From an uncultured Subdoligranulum sp. (GTDB lineage Bacteria > Bacillota > Clostridia > Christensenellales > CAG-314), in NCBI GenBank assembly GCA_902496185.1, contig CABUZX010000001.1:64509-128508 (forward strand): a stretch of 64,000 nucleotides of DNA, read 5' to 3'. Shown piece by piece: positions 8,380 through 18,042 of this stretch; position 1 is the first letter of the stretch; every line of letters starts with the position of its first letter. Under the pieces are notes generated by a model. The model made no database searches and was not told the origin of the DNA. It saw nothing but the letters and a program-made list of their open reading frames with translations. Made by a program: the position numbers and the translations under genes.

Positions 8380-9417
8380 CTACCTTTTAATAATACTTAA
8401 TTTTTGAGAAAAAAGCAACTTATTGGCAAACAATATTTTTAATTCAGGATTATTTATATCATCTGATTCAATCGTTGTATCTATTAAATCGTTTTCACTT
8501 CCGTCAATTTTTAAAACCGCTTGTAAGGTTTTGTCACATCTATAAAAAACGTTTTTATAATTTTCGGATGTGTAAATTTTATTTTTAGGCACGATAGTTT
8601 GTAAAGAGTAGTTACTAAATCCGTATTCAAGTAAGGTCTTTGTCTCTTCAAACATTGGTCCGCAGTTTAAAACAACACATACCAATTGCATACCATTTTT
8701 TGTTGCACTACCGACAAAACATCTACCGGATTTTTTTGTATAACCGGTTTTTACGCCGTCGGCAAATTCAAAATTATTTAAAAGTTTATTTTTGTTATAC
8801 AAAACACGATAATTTTCTCTATCAGTACTACCTATTTTTGCCGATTTTGAGCTTACTATGTCACAAAAAGTATCATTAGTTAAAGCATAACAAGTAATTA
8901 TAGCAAGATCATAAGGTGTCGTATAGTGTTCATTTGCGTCTAATCCGTGCGGTGTTACAAAATTACTATTTGTTGCCCCTATTGAAACGGCTTTTTGATT
9001 CATCATTTTGGCGAAATTTTCGAGAGAACCTGCAACGTGTAAAGCTAAAGCAACAGCGCAATCATTTCCGCTCCTTAACATTAATCCGTATAGTAATTCC
9101 AAAACAGTCAATTCTTCATTGGGTTTTAAATATATGCTACTACCTTCCACTCCGACAGCCTCTTTTGGTATAATGACAATGTCTTCCTGATTGCAATTAT
9201 CCAAAACAGTGATAGCCGTCAATATTTTAGTACAGCTTGCCATAGGCATTTTTTTATCTTTATTTTTTTCAAATAAAATTCTTTTAGATGTTTTTTCCAT
9301 CAAAACTGCCCCGGAAGCACTTGTAGAAATGCTACTCGCACAAACCTTTTTAGCAAAAAAATTAAACGTTATGCCTATTGAAAAAACCAATAAAAGGATT
9401 ATAAATAATTTTTTCAT
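8380..9417 (-). CDS. D-alanyl-D-alanine carboxypeptidase (low-MW PBP, S11 family)
   Basis: It has a signal peptide plus SxxK (ASCTK), SxN (SGND) and KTG (KTGYT). Confidence 0.88.
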   Translation of the reverse strand: MKKLFIILLLVFSIGITFNFFAKKVCASSISTSASGAVLMEKTSKRILFEKNKDKKMPMASCTKILTAITVLDNCNQEDIVIIPKEAVGVEGSSIYLKPNEELTVLELLYGLMLRSGNDCAVALALHVAGSLENFAKMMNQKAVSIGATNSNFVTPHGLDANEHYTTPYDLAIITCYALTNDTFCDIVSSKSAKIGSTDRENYRVLYNKNKLLNNFEFADGVKTGYTKKSGRCFVGSATKNGMQLVCVVLNCGPMFEETKTLLEYGFSNYSLQTIVPKNKIYTSENYKNVFYRCDKTLQAVLKIDGSENDLIDTTIESDDINNPELKILFANKLLFSQKLSIIKR

Positions 9418-9422
9418 ATAAT

Positions 9423-9797
9423 TTATTTTTTTAAGGCGTCAATCAAAGACCCTGCAACGTCAACTACTTTTTCAAGAGCACTTTCTTCTTCGAATTTAAT
9501 CAATTTTATTCCGTCTTTGTTTGTGATTAAAAAGCCAACGGGACTTAACGTTGCGCCACCACCGCTACCGCCTGCAAAATTTGAATCACCTTCAGTTTGT
9601 TTTTTCTTTTTATCGTACTCTCCGCCACCAGCAACAAATGCGAAAGATACTTGCGATATCGGCAAAATCGTACTTCCGTCAGAGCTGATAAATGGTTGCC
9701 CCAAAATAGTATTTGTTTCCGCTGCTTTTTTGATATTAATGATAGACGATTCAACTATTTGTTCAATTGGATTTTGAGTATAATTTTGAACTTGCAT
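9423..9797 (-). CDS. ytfJ: Sporulation protein YtfJ (GerW family)
   Basis: It has the glycine-rich core GGSGGGATLSPVGFLI typical of YtfJ/GerW. The SD AAGGAGAG lies upstream. Confidence 0.85.
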   Translation of the reverse strand: MQVQNYTQNPIEQIVESSIINIKKAAETNTILGQPFISSDGSTILPISQVSFAFVAGGGEYDKKKKQTEGDSNFAGGSGGGATLSPVGFLITNKDGIKLIKFEEESALEKVVDVAGSLIDALKK

Positions 9798-10362
9798 TTT
9801 TCTCTCCTTGTTTATTACTTAATTGATGTTTAATCCATTCCTTTATTAATAAGAATATTGAACTATACACAGATAAGTACATTGATATTTTTGAATAATA
9901 ATTATTAACCTTAATCTTCATCTTAGTATTTGTAAAATAATTTTTTAAACCGACTTCTGCCATGTACAAAACTGCACAAAGAGCGCTAATTCCTTTAACG
10001 TATTTTGAGTATTCTATTAAATCTATATCAACGTTTATTATAGAAGTAATACCCCTTATTGCTTTGATTATCCAAGTGTTTTTCGGTTTTGAAAACTTAA
10101 TTTCATCAAACTTAATTAATTTTTTTTTGATTGTATATATTTCTATTTGCTTATTGTTTAGATCAACTTTTATATTTGCTAAATTTATTATAAAAAATAT
10201 TTTTAACTGTAAATATAACGTATTATTTTGCTTTTCAAAGCTGATTCGTAAATTGGCAACAATAGGCACTACTAAAAATATTATTGAAAATATTAACAGT
10301 ATCATACTATTAGTTTTTTTAAAAGCAAAAAAAATATGCGTTAAATTTAGCGCATATTTCAA
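9763..10362 (-). CDS. Membrane-anchored hypothetical protein, probably YtfI-like (DUF2953)
   Basis: It has one N-terminal TM segment and an Ile/Lys/Asn-rich body. It lies directly upstream of ytfJ, as ytfI does in B. subtilis. The family call rests on context and architecture only. The ORF-track start is TTG, and an ATG at 10305 is the alternative. Confidence 0.55.
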   Translation of the reverse strand: MKYALNLTHIFFAFKKTNSMILLIFSIIFLVVPIVANLRISFEKQNNTLYLQLKIFFIINLANIKVDLNNKQIEIYTIKKKLIKFDEIKFSKPKNTWIIKAIRGITSIINVDIDLIEYSKYVKGISALCAVLYMAEVGLKNYFTNTKMKIKVNNYYSKISMYLSVYSSIFLLIKEWIKHQLSNKQGEKNASSKLYSKSN

Positions 10363-10387
10363 TTTGTTTTTAATTTTTATGTTTTTA

Positions 10388-11041
10388 TTATTCTACGACA
10401 ATAACGTCGTTTTCATCTTGCAAAAATTCAGGTAAATCATCTTTGTCTATGTTAAAGTTTTTATCCCTATTGCTATTATAAAAATCACCTTGTACAGTTT
10501 GCCCTATTACGGAAATTTCTTTCAAGCGGTCGATAAGATCTTCATATTTTGGCAATTGTTCAACGCTGACAAGGTCAAAACGCTTTAAAAATTCATCAGT
10601 AGTACCAAATAATAACGGTTTACCTATAGAATCTTTACGACCAAGAATTTTTATCATATTGAGTTTTGAAAGATTACTTACAGCGTAAGAACAATCCACC
10701 CCTCTCATTTCCTCAACTTCAAGCCTTGTAATGGGTTGCTTGTAGGCAATAATAGCCAAAGTTTCCAACATGGCTTTTGTGAGCTCCTTTTCTCTAATAG
10801 GATTTAATACCATAGAAACTTCATTGACGTATTTTGAGTTTGATGCAAATTGTAATTTGCCGTTAAATCGCATCAAATTTATACCACAGTCATCAGTATA
10901 TCTTTGCGCAAGAATTTCTACTGCTTGCAAAAGTTCATCTTCCGTAATTTCTAACTTTTCGCAAATATCTTTTTCTTCAACGGCATTTCCTGCGACGAAC
11001 AAAATAGATTCAATTATATTAGCTAACTTCGTTATATTCAA
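10388..11041 (-). CDS. scpB: Segregation and condensation protein B
   Basis: The N-terminus has IESILFVAG, followed by tandem winged-helix layout. It follows scpA. Confidence 0.9.
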   Translation of the reverse strand: MNITKLANIIESILFVAGNAVEEKDICEKLEITEDELLQAVEILAQRYTDDCGINLMRFNGKLQFASNSKYVNEVSMVLNPIREKELTKAMLETLAIIAYKQPITRLEVEEMRGVDCSYAVSNLSKLNMIKILGRKDSIGKPLLFGTTDEFLKRFDLVSVEQLPKYEDLIDRLKEISVIGQTVQGDFYNSNRDKNFNIDKDDLPEFLQDENDVIVVE

Positions 11042-11852
11042 AATTTATACCTTCCTCGCCATCTTCAAAATTTTTAATTACAAAAATATCAGTAAAATGA
11101 TCTTTTTGATTTGTTCGTATAAGTTGATGTTTTGCAAGCTCTAAAACGGCTGAAAAAGTCACAACAATTTCACTACGCGTAGTATCTTCTGAAAACAATT
11201 CAAAAAAACTCACCTCATTTTGCCTGCGTAATTTATCTACCAAAAAAGTTATTTTGTCTTTTACAGAAAAACTTTCTTTTTTGATTTCTCTGATAACGTT
11301 TTTATCAATTTCTCTTAATTCTACTTTATTGAGAATGGATGCAAATGCATTAAGTAAATTATTTAAGGAAAAATCTTTTAAGCTATATCTTACCTCTTCT
11401 GATTGTTTACTGGGTTCTTTAAACAATCTATCGGGATTTTCGATAGTTTTTAATTCTTCCGCAGCTTCCTTAAGCAACTTATATTCTTCCAACTGCCTTA
11501 TAAAGAGTTTTTTTGGCGAATCATAATCATTTTCTTCCAGACCAGGCATTATTGGCAACATATCGTGTGATTTAATTTCCATAAGAGTTGCGGCAATAAA
11601 CATATATTCACTTGCCTTATCTATGTCAAGAAAATCCACTTGATCCAAATATTGCAAAAATTGGTCCGTAACCTCTGAAATAAATATATCTTTTATTTCT
11701 ATTTTTGCATCATTTACTAATTTGAGCAATAAATCCATCGGGCCCGAAAAGTTTTTTATGTTTAAGGAAAGAGAATTTTTTGCTGTAAATTCTCCCATAT
11801 CTTCAACTTCTTCCACTTGTTGCTGTTCAATGAGGCTATCATTATCTTTCAT
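11019..11852 (-). CDS. scpA: Segregation and condensation protein A (kleisin)
   Basis: It has the FSGPMDLLLKLV motif. The ATG at 11852 is preceded by GGAG. The ORF-track start at 11864 is TTG. Confidence 0.9.
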   Translation of the reverse strand: MKDNDSLIEQQQVEEVEDMGEFTAKNSLSLNIKNFSGPMDLLLKLVNDAKIEIKDIFISEVTDQFLQYLDQVDFLDIDKASEYMFIAATLMEIKSHDMLPIMPGLEENDYDSPKKLFIRQLEEYKLLKEAAEELKTIENPDRLFKEPSKQSEEVRYSLKDFSLNNLLNAFASILNKVELREIDKNVIREIKKESFSVKDKITFLVDKLRRQNEVSFFELFSEDTTRSEIVVTFSAVLELAKHQLIRTNQKDHFTDIFVIKNFEDGEEGINFEYNEVS

Positions 11853-11874
11853 ACAAAACTCCAACTCTATTTAA

Positions 11875-12621
11875 TTATAAACCAAACAAACCCCAAAAAG
11901 ACATCAATCCATTTCGTATCCAAGTTCCGACATACGAAACATATAAGGTCAGCGGAGATAAATCCATACCAAAAATTCGTTCTGTCACATAACCAAACAA
12001 AATTAATCCCATAAGAATTATTCCGCCGTTTCTACGCAAAAATTCTACTATTCCGTTTGCAGGAAACAAGGTATCCAACAATCTGAAACCGTCCAATGGG
12101 TACAGCGGAATAAGATTGAAAAGGAAAAAATTTATATTGAATATCATTCCATAAAAAAGGAAGTATTCTAATAATAGGTAGACGTAAAACCAAGCATTAT
12201 AATCAACGGGCATTGGTAATAAATGAAACAAACTATATAGCAAGGAAAATATTATTGCAAAAATAATATTGGTAGTAACGCCTGCTATTGACGTTTCTAT
12301 CATGCCTTTTTTTCTATTTTCAAAATTATTAGGGTCGATAGGTACGGGTTTTGCCCAACCAAATCCAACCAAAAACATCATTATTATACCTATGGGGTCA
12401 AAGTGTTTAAACGGATTAGGCGTCAATCTACCGGCGTATTGAGCGGTAAAATCCCCGTTTTTTTTGGCGGCAAAAGCGTGCGCCATTTCATGAAATGATA
12501 ATGCAATCATTAAGGCAAAACAAAAAGCCAATACTGACAAAACCATACAAAGTATAGCTTCAAAATTTGATAAATATTTAGAATAATAATTTAAAGTATC
12601 AACAGCTAAAGATATTACCAT
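11875..12621 (-). CDS. Site-2 protease family (M50) integral membrane zinc metalloprotease
   Basis: HEMAHAF (HExxH) lies in a TM helix. A second motif, LIPLYPLDGF, is also present. The protein is multi-pass. Confidence 0.85.
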   Translation of the reverse strand: MVISLAVDTLNYYSKYLSNFEAILCMVLSVLAFCFALMIALSFHEMAHAFAAKKNGDFTAQYAGRLTPNPFKHFDPIGIIMMFLVGFGWAKPVPIDPNNFENRKKGMIETSIAGVTTNIIFAIIFSLLYSLFHLLPMPVDYNAWFYVYLLLEYFLFYGMIFNINFFLFNLIPLYPLDGFRLLDTLFPANGIVEFLRRNGGIILMGLILFGYVTERIFGMDLSPLTLYVSYVGTWIRNGLMSFWGLFGL

Positions 12622-12627
12622 AAAATT

Positions 12628-12656
12628 ATTATAACCAAAACAATATTTTTTTGCAA
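12628..12656 (-). promoter_or_regulatory. Sigma-A type promoter directly abutting the M50 protease start codon
   Basis: On the - strand: TTGCAA (12656-12651), 17 nt, TATAAT (12633-12628), AATTTT, then ATG (12621). No SD is present. Confidence 0.5.
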
Positions 12657-12697
12657 CTATTTAAAAGGAATAATCCATAATTCAAAAAAAGTAACAA

Positions 12698-12731
12698 AAA
12701 AAAGTATCAAAAACTTTAAGATACTTTTTTT
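12698..12731 (-). terminator. Rho-independent terminator after the carboxypeptidase gene
   Basis: The stem aaaagtatc/gatactttt has an 11-nt loop and is followed by a T-run on the - strand. Confidence 0.6.
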
Positions 12732-12741
12732 GCTTGTATTA

Positions 12742-13911
12742 TTACCATTGTTTTATTATTTCTTCTATAGAATCAAAATAAGATTTCTTTTTAACGTCCA
12801 TTGTCGAAATAAGTGGTGTTTGAGCGATAACTTCTCCTTTTTTAATCAAAAATGCAGTTCCGACTGTTTCTCCAAGATAAAAAGGTGCGGACGTTTTATT
12901 AAATTCTGTTACAACTGAAATTTCTTCCCCTGTTTCGCCTTTCTTTAAAAAAGCAGTTAAATTGTTTTGTGGTTTAACTTCCAAAACCTTTGATTTTCCG
13001 TTGTTGATTTTTGTTTCAATAACTGTTTCTTTGTTTAAATATACCTTAGTATTGAAATTTGCAAAACCGTAATTAAACATTTGAGAAACTTCAGCGAATC
13101 TTGTTTTGCTGTCGGGTTCTGCCAGCACGCAAGCAATTAAACGTGTGTCTCCACGTTTTGCAGTAGCGCAAAGACAATGATGGGCTTCGTTGGTATATCC
13201 TGTTTTGCCACCGTCGCATCCTTCATAAAATTTAACAAGTTTGTTTGTATTTGTCAAAGAAGTTATACGTCCTGACGGATGTTGAAAATCATCCATCCAA
13301 ATGGTGCTGTAGTCAAAATAGTTATTGTTTTGATGAATTAAAGCAAAAAACATTTTTACGCAGTCTATAGCGCATGAATATTGGTTTAAAGCAGGCAGTC
13401 CCGTACAATTTACAAAATTAGTAGCTTTTAAGTCAAGTTGAAGTGCTTTTTTGTTCATTTCAGATACAAAGTTTTCAACATCGCCATAAAGATGTTCGGC
13501 AAGAGCAACACAACTGTCGTTTGCAGATGCAACTACTATAGTTTTTATAAGATCGCCAACCTTGTGAACACTTTGCGCGTCTAAAAATGCTTGACTTCCT
13601 CCCATCCCTGCAGCAGTTTGACTTACGGTTACTTCGTCGTCAAGTTTTAGTTTTCCTGCGTTTATATTATCATAAATTACTAACAAGGTCATTATTTTTG
13701 TCATACTTGCAATCGGTCGCTTGTCAGTTGCGTTTTTTTGATAAATAATATAACCCGTATCTCCGTCTGCAAGTACGCACGATACAGCGTTTTGCCCCAA
13801 AACAAAAGTAGACTCATTAGATGTTTTGGCAAAAACTTCTTTTTGTGGTAAAAAACAAGTCAAACAAATTGCAAATAAAAGCGCAAAAAATGCTATGCTG
13901 ATTTTTTTCAT
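12742..13911 (-). CDS. D-alanyl-D-alanine carboxypeptidase (PBP5/DacF-like, with C-terminal beta domain)
   Basis: It has a signal peptide plus SxxK (ASMTK), SxN (SANDS) and KTG (KTGYT). The SD AAAGGAG lies upstream. Confidence 0.88.
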   Translation of the reverse strand: MKKISIAFFALLFAICLTCFLPQKEVFAKTSNESTFVLGQNAVSCVLADGDTGYIIYQKNATDKRPIASMTKIMTLLVIYDNINAGKLKLDDEVTVSQTAAGMGGSQAFLDAQSVHKVGDLIKTIVVASANDSCVALAEHLYGDVENFVSEMNKKALQLDLKATNFVNCTGLPALNQYSCAIDCVKMFFALIHQNNNYFDYSTIWMDDFQHPSGRITSLTNTNKLVKFYEGCDGGKTGYTNEAHHCLCATAKRGDTRLIACVLAEPDSKTRFAEVSQMFNYGFANFNTKVYLNKETVIETKINNGKSKVLEVKPQNNLTAFLKKGETGEEISVVTEFNKTSAPFYLGETVGTAFLIKKGEVIAQTPLISTMDVKKKSYFDSIEEIIKQW

Positions 13912-13973
13912 TAATAAACTCCTTTTTGCTTTTAGTGTTTACAACTGACAAAAATTTATGTGCTTTTATATTA

Positions 13974-14582
13974 TTAAATTAATGAAAAAAGAGTCCTAAT
14001 AAGTAAAAATATCACTAAAGTAAATATCAAAGATAAAATCAACATTACAATTAAAACAATTAAATAAAACTTTATCAGACATAGTATTTCGTATTTCTCA
14101 GCAATAAAAGAACAGGGTTGGTTTTCTCCACTAAAGCAAAATGAAAGGTAGGTAAAAAATACTAAGCTAAAAAATATAATTAAAGCTACGAGCAAATACC
14201 CCAACCCTATTATCCCCAAAACTGAAAATACCGATACTATTAAAATTGCAAAGCTTATTCCGTTACAAAGAGTAATGACAAACATACCCCAGCGAAAGTT
14301 TTTAAATATACTTAGCAGAAAAATGCATATAAGAATTTTTAGGTATAACAAAAAAACTTTTATAAAATAAGGAAAAAAACCTGTTTCTTTAACAATAAAC
14401 AGATTTCCGTCCTTACCTCCCCAAAAAAGCCAATCAGCATTTAACAAGGTATCGCTAAAAATAAACCCAAGCACTAATCCAATCAAAAAAACTACCGCAA
14501 AAATTATTAAATAAATAATATTATTAAATACAATTTGCTTTACGTCTTCTATCCAACATTTGATCTTAGTTTTAATATTCAT
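13974..14582 (-). CDS. Multi-pass membrane protein of unknown function (SpoIIM-like topology, not verified)
   Basis: A short cytoplasmic N-terminus is followed by about five hydrophobic helices. No motif is diagnostic. The SpoIIM resemblance is by size and topology only. Confidence 0.6.
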   Translation of the reverse strand: MNIKTKIKCWIEDVKQIVFNNIIYLIIFAVVFLIGLVLGFIFSDTLLNADWLFWGGKDGNLFIVKETGFFPYFIKVFLLYLKILICIFLLSIFKNFRWGMFVITLCNGISFAILIVSVFSVLGIIGLGYLLVALIIFFSLVFFTYLSFCFSGENQPCSFIAEKYEILCLIKFYLIVLIVMLILSLIFTLVIFLLIRTLFSLI

Positions 14583-14621
14583 ATAAAAAAGTATGAATTA
14601 ATTAAAAGGATTATGCAATAT

Positions 14622-15815
14622 TTAGTTGTTTTTTGTAATATTATTTAATGTTTGCAACATCCACTCCGCATAAATTCCATATCCTTTTGTTGGATCATTT
14701 ACAAATACGTGAGTTACTGCACCGACTAGTTTGCCGTTTTGAATAATAGGACTACCACTCATACCCTGAACTATTCCACCGGTTAATTCTAATAATTTAT
14801 CGTCAACCACCCTCAAGACTAACCCTTTGTCTTGAATATTGCTTTGTGTGGAAGCTTTTATGATTTCTATTTCATACTCTTGAGGAATACTATTATCTAA
14901 AGTGCAAAAAATCGTTGCTTTACCCGGGACAACCTCGCCAACAGTAGCTACGTCAATCAATTTTTTCTTGTTAAATATTTGGTTTTGGTTTTTAAAAAAA
15001 TAACCGTATACTCCAAAATTATTGTTTTGATATATTTCACCGATTTTATTTTGATTGTCAATCACGCCACGTAACTCGCCCGCTTTACCTCGTACGCCCC
15101 TTTCTATGCTCAATATATTGCAAGTGTAAATACCGCCCCCGTCTGCTTTTACAATATTTCCGTTTTTGCTATCAATTACGGGATGTCCAAGACTAGCAAA
15201 GTTTCCGTCTTGCATTACAAACGACACGGTACCTATTCCGCTACTTGCATCCTTTACCCAAAGCCCCAACTTGTACGTTTTAGATATAATATCAAACTTT
15301 GAAGTAATTTTTTTCTCCAATAATGCAGAACCGCGTTTTGTTTTTATTAATATAGTTTTTTCACCAATTATCTGCAACGTTTCAGTCAATACCGACGAAT
15401 TAGTAATTTTTTTACCATCAATTTCGGTAATAACATCACCTATTTCAATATTGCTTTCAAGCGCGGGGCTAACCAATCCCTCATTAGACAAAAATTCGTT
15501 TATACCAATAACAACAGCGCCTTCGGCATCAAAGGACATACCAATAGCTTGTCCGCCCAAGTAAACTTTTGTGTTTAGTTGAGAGTTTTTTTTAGAAAAC
15601 AAAAGCTCCGAAAAAACCTCGGGAAAATTCAATTTATCTTCGCCTGATACTGAAGCGTTTTCTGTGTTTGTAGATGCGTAAACCGTCTGTTTATTGTATG
15701 AATTAAAAAAATTTACGTTAGCAGGTTTAATTTTGCTAAAATTTACGCAAATCAACCCTATACCAATAATAAATGCAAATAATAAAAATAAAAAAAATCC
15801 GTTGTTTCTTTTCAT
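14622..15815 (-). CDS. spoIVB: SpoIVB signalling serine peptidase (S55) with PDZ domain
   Basis: It has an N-terminal TM segment, a PDZ domain (IEIGDVITEIDGKKI) and S55 blocks (GIGTVSFV, GHPV, GMSGSPII). It lies downstream of recN, as in Bacillus. Confidence 0.9.
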   Translation of the reverse strand: MKRNNGFFLFLLFAFIIGIGLICVNFSKIKPANVNFFNSYNKQTVYASTNTENASVSGEDKLNFPEVFSELLFSKKNSQLNTKVYLGGQAIGMSFDAEGAVVIGINEFLSNEGLVSPALESNIEIGDVITEIDGKKITNSSVLTETLQIIGEKTILIKTKRGSALLEKKITSKFDIISKTYKLGLWVKDASSGIGTVSFVMQDGNFASLGHPVIDSKNGNIVKADGGGIYTCNILSIERGVRGKAGELRGVIDNQNKIGEIYQNNNFGVYGYFFKNQNQIFNKKKLIDVATVGEVVPGKATIFCTLDNSIPQEYEIEIIKASTQSNIQDKGLVLRVVDDKLLELTGGIVQGMSGSPIIQNGKLVGAVTHVFVNDPTKGYGIYAEWMLQTLNNITKNN

Positions 15816-15875
15816 AAAAAATCCTCAAACCATAGGATTAGTTTGAGAAATTTTATTATTTTTATTACATTGTAA

Positions 15876-17567
15876 TTAATTTGTTTTATTTTTATAATTT
15901 TCAGCCCAAGCAATCATTTCTTCCGCATGTTTTTTTGAGTACTCGCCTATATTTTCGCCACCCATAAGTCTTTCAACTTCTTTAATTTTAAGCCGGTAGT
16001 CGGCTAAAACAACCGAAGTATAAGTTTTGTCTTCACGTACTGATTTTTCTATCAAATAATTGCTATCTCCCATTGACGCAACTTGTGGCAAATGCGTAAT
16101 GACAATACATTGATACTGCCGACTAATATTGGCTAATTTTTTTGCAACCATCTGCGCAATATTACCCGACAAACCAACGTCAATTTCATCAAAAATCATA
16201 GTTGAGATATTCTCTATGCGCGCAGTTACGTTTTTAACGGCAAGTAGAAATCGAGACATTTCACCGCCAGAAATAACTTTAGAGAGTTGTTTTTCCGGCT
16301 CACCCTTGTTTGCTGAAAACATAAATTCGGGATTATCATATCCTTTTTCCGAAGGAATAAACTCTTCAAAATCAGGAGGTGGAGCAAAATAGGTAGAAAA
16401 AGTCGCGTCTTTCATTCCCAAATCAGTTAATTCTTGTTGGATTTGCCTACAAAATTCTTCTGAAGATTTTTGTCTAAAACAACTTAATTTTTCGCTTAAA
16501 CGATAAGCTTCATCTTTTAGTTTTGTCAATTTTTTGTTGATTATTTCAATCTTTGTTGTTGATTCAATCAAATCCGTATATTTTTGTTCTGACTCTGCCA
16601 AATAATTTAAAATGTCTTCAATAGTAGCGCCATATTTGCGTTTGAGTCGTTTTATATCATCTATGCGCGTAATAATATTATCTATTTCTACGGGATTATA
16701 ATCACACTCTGATAGTTTATCATCTAAAACGCCTATTAAATCATCAATTTCGTATTTTACATTTTGCAAACGGTTAAAACAATCTTCAATATCTTTATCA
16801 TAGTGCAAAACCGACTGCAAAGAGATGCTTGCAAGCCAAATTTCAGAAGCAATATTTGTTGTTTCTGTTAAATGTGATAAGCTATTTTTTAAAGCGCCTG
16901 CTATTTTTTCAACGTTTGCAACCTTTGCTTTTACGGACAAAAGTTTTTCTTCTTCATCACAAGATAAATTTGCATTTTTTATTTCGTTAATTTCATATTC
17001 AATTAGGCTTAATGCTCTAGCTCGTTCTTCGTCCGTGCCACCAAAGCGGTTCAATTCAGCTCTTTGTTGTTTATATTCTGCAACTACGTTTTCTAATTCT
17101 GCAATCAAGTTTGATTTTTTAAATTTGTCTATAATTTCAAGATGTGCTTCTTTTCGCAAAAAATTAACGTGTTCGCTTTGCCCAAAAATATCAACTAAAG
17201 TATTGGCAATTGTTTTTAAAACAGATAAAGCGCAGATCCTGCCGTTTAGACGACATTCATTTTTTCCCTGAAGATTCATTGCTCTAAATAAAACTATAGT
17301 CGTATCAGGTTCATAACCAAGTTCTTTTAACAAAAGATAAGGCAATGAAGTTTCTTCCACTTCAAAAACGGCTTCAACAATTGCCTTTTCTTCGCCTGAT
17401 TTAATAAGATTTTTGTCAGCTTTTCCCCCAATAACAAAAGCAAGACTATCCACTATTATACTTTTACCTGCGCCGGTTTCACCTGTCAAAACGCAAAGAT
17501 TTTCTCCAAAATCAACTGTTAAGTTTGCGATCAGCGCAATATTTTTAATCGTTAAATTTTTTAACAT
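15876..17567 (-). CDS. recN: DNA repair protein RecN
   Basis: It has Walker A GETGAGKS, a long coiled-coil, the signature SGGEMSR and Walker B MIFDEID. Confidence 0.93.
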   Translation of the reverse strand: MLKNLTIKNIALIANLTVDFGENLCVLTGETGAGKSIIVDSLAFVIGGKADKNLIKSGEEKAIVEAVFEVEETSLPYLLLKELGYEPDTTIVLFRAMNLQGKNECRLNGRICALSVLKTIANTLVDIFGQSEHVNFLRKEAHLEIIDKFKKSNLIAELENVVAEYKQQRAELNRFGGTDEERARALSLIEYEINEIKNANLSCDEEEKLLSVKAKVANVEKIAGALKNSLSHLTETTNIASEIWLASISLQSVLHYDKDIEDCFNRLQNVKYEIDDLIGVLDDKLSECDYNPVEIDNIITRIDDIKRLKRKYGATIEDILNYLAESEQKYTDLIESTTKIEIINKKLTKLKDEAYRLSEKLSCFRQKSSEEFCRQIQQELTDLGMKDATFSTYFAPPPDFEEFIPSEKGYDNPEFMFSANKGEPEKQLSKVISGGEMSRFLLAVKNVTARIENISTMIFDEIDVGLSGNIAQMVAKKLANISRQYQCIVITHLPQVASMGDSNYLIEKSVREDKTYTSVVLADYRLKIKEVERLMGGENIGEYSKKHAEEMIAWAENYKNKTN

Positions 17568-17586
17568 TTTTTCCTACGTAATGTAG

Positions 17587-18039
17587 TTAACCTACAATTG
17601 TTTCTAATTTATTTTTAAGAGATATTGCATCTTCGGGGGTTTGAGTTACCATCAAAATCGTATCATAACCACTCACGCATCCAACAAGTTCAGGTATGTT
17701 TAACTGTTCGACTACCATACCTACGTTAGTCGAGCACCCTGACAAAGTTTTTACTACAACCATATTATTAGCGGTAGCAAAACTCACGACAGCTTCTTTA
17801 AATACGTTAATAAGTTTTGTTGAAATAATATAATCGACAGATTTTATTGTAACGTAACGAGAGCTCCCTCCTTCGGTTGCTGCCTTTATCAACCCCAAAT
17901 CCTTAATATCACGACTAATGGTTGCTTGTGTTACTTTAAAACCATTGTTGGACAATTCCTTAACTAAATCATCTTGAGTTTCAATAGAGCCACTATTGAT
18001 AATTTCTAATATTTTTGATTGTCTTTTTGCTCTTGACAT
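17587..18039 (-). CDS. argR: Arginine repressor
   Basis: It has a winged-helix N-terminus (QDDLVKELSNNGFKVTQATISRDIKDLGL) and a C-terminal oligomerisation domain. Confidence 0.9.
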   Translation of the reverse strand: MSRAKRQSKILEIINSGSIETQDDLVKELSNNGFKVTQATISRDIKDLGLIKAATEGGSSRYVTIKSVDYIISTKLINVFKEAVVSFATANNMVVVKTLSGCSTNVGMVVEQLNIPELVGCVSGYDTILMVTQTPEDAISLKNKLETIVG

Positions 18040-18042
18040 TTA

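Noticed and set aside
15848-15875. Sigma-G/F-type promoter for spoIVB (-10-like CAAACTA inside the junction hairpin)
   Set aside because: Only the -10-like heptamer is approximately right, and it deviates at a conserved T. No GnATA/GCATA -35 element lies at the correct spacing.
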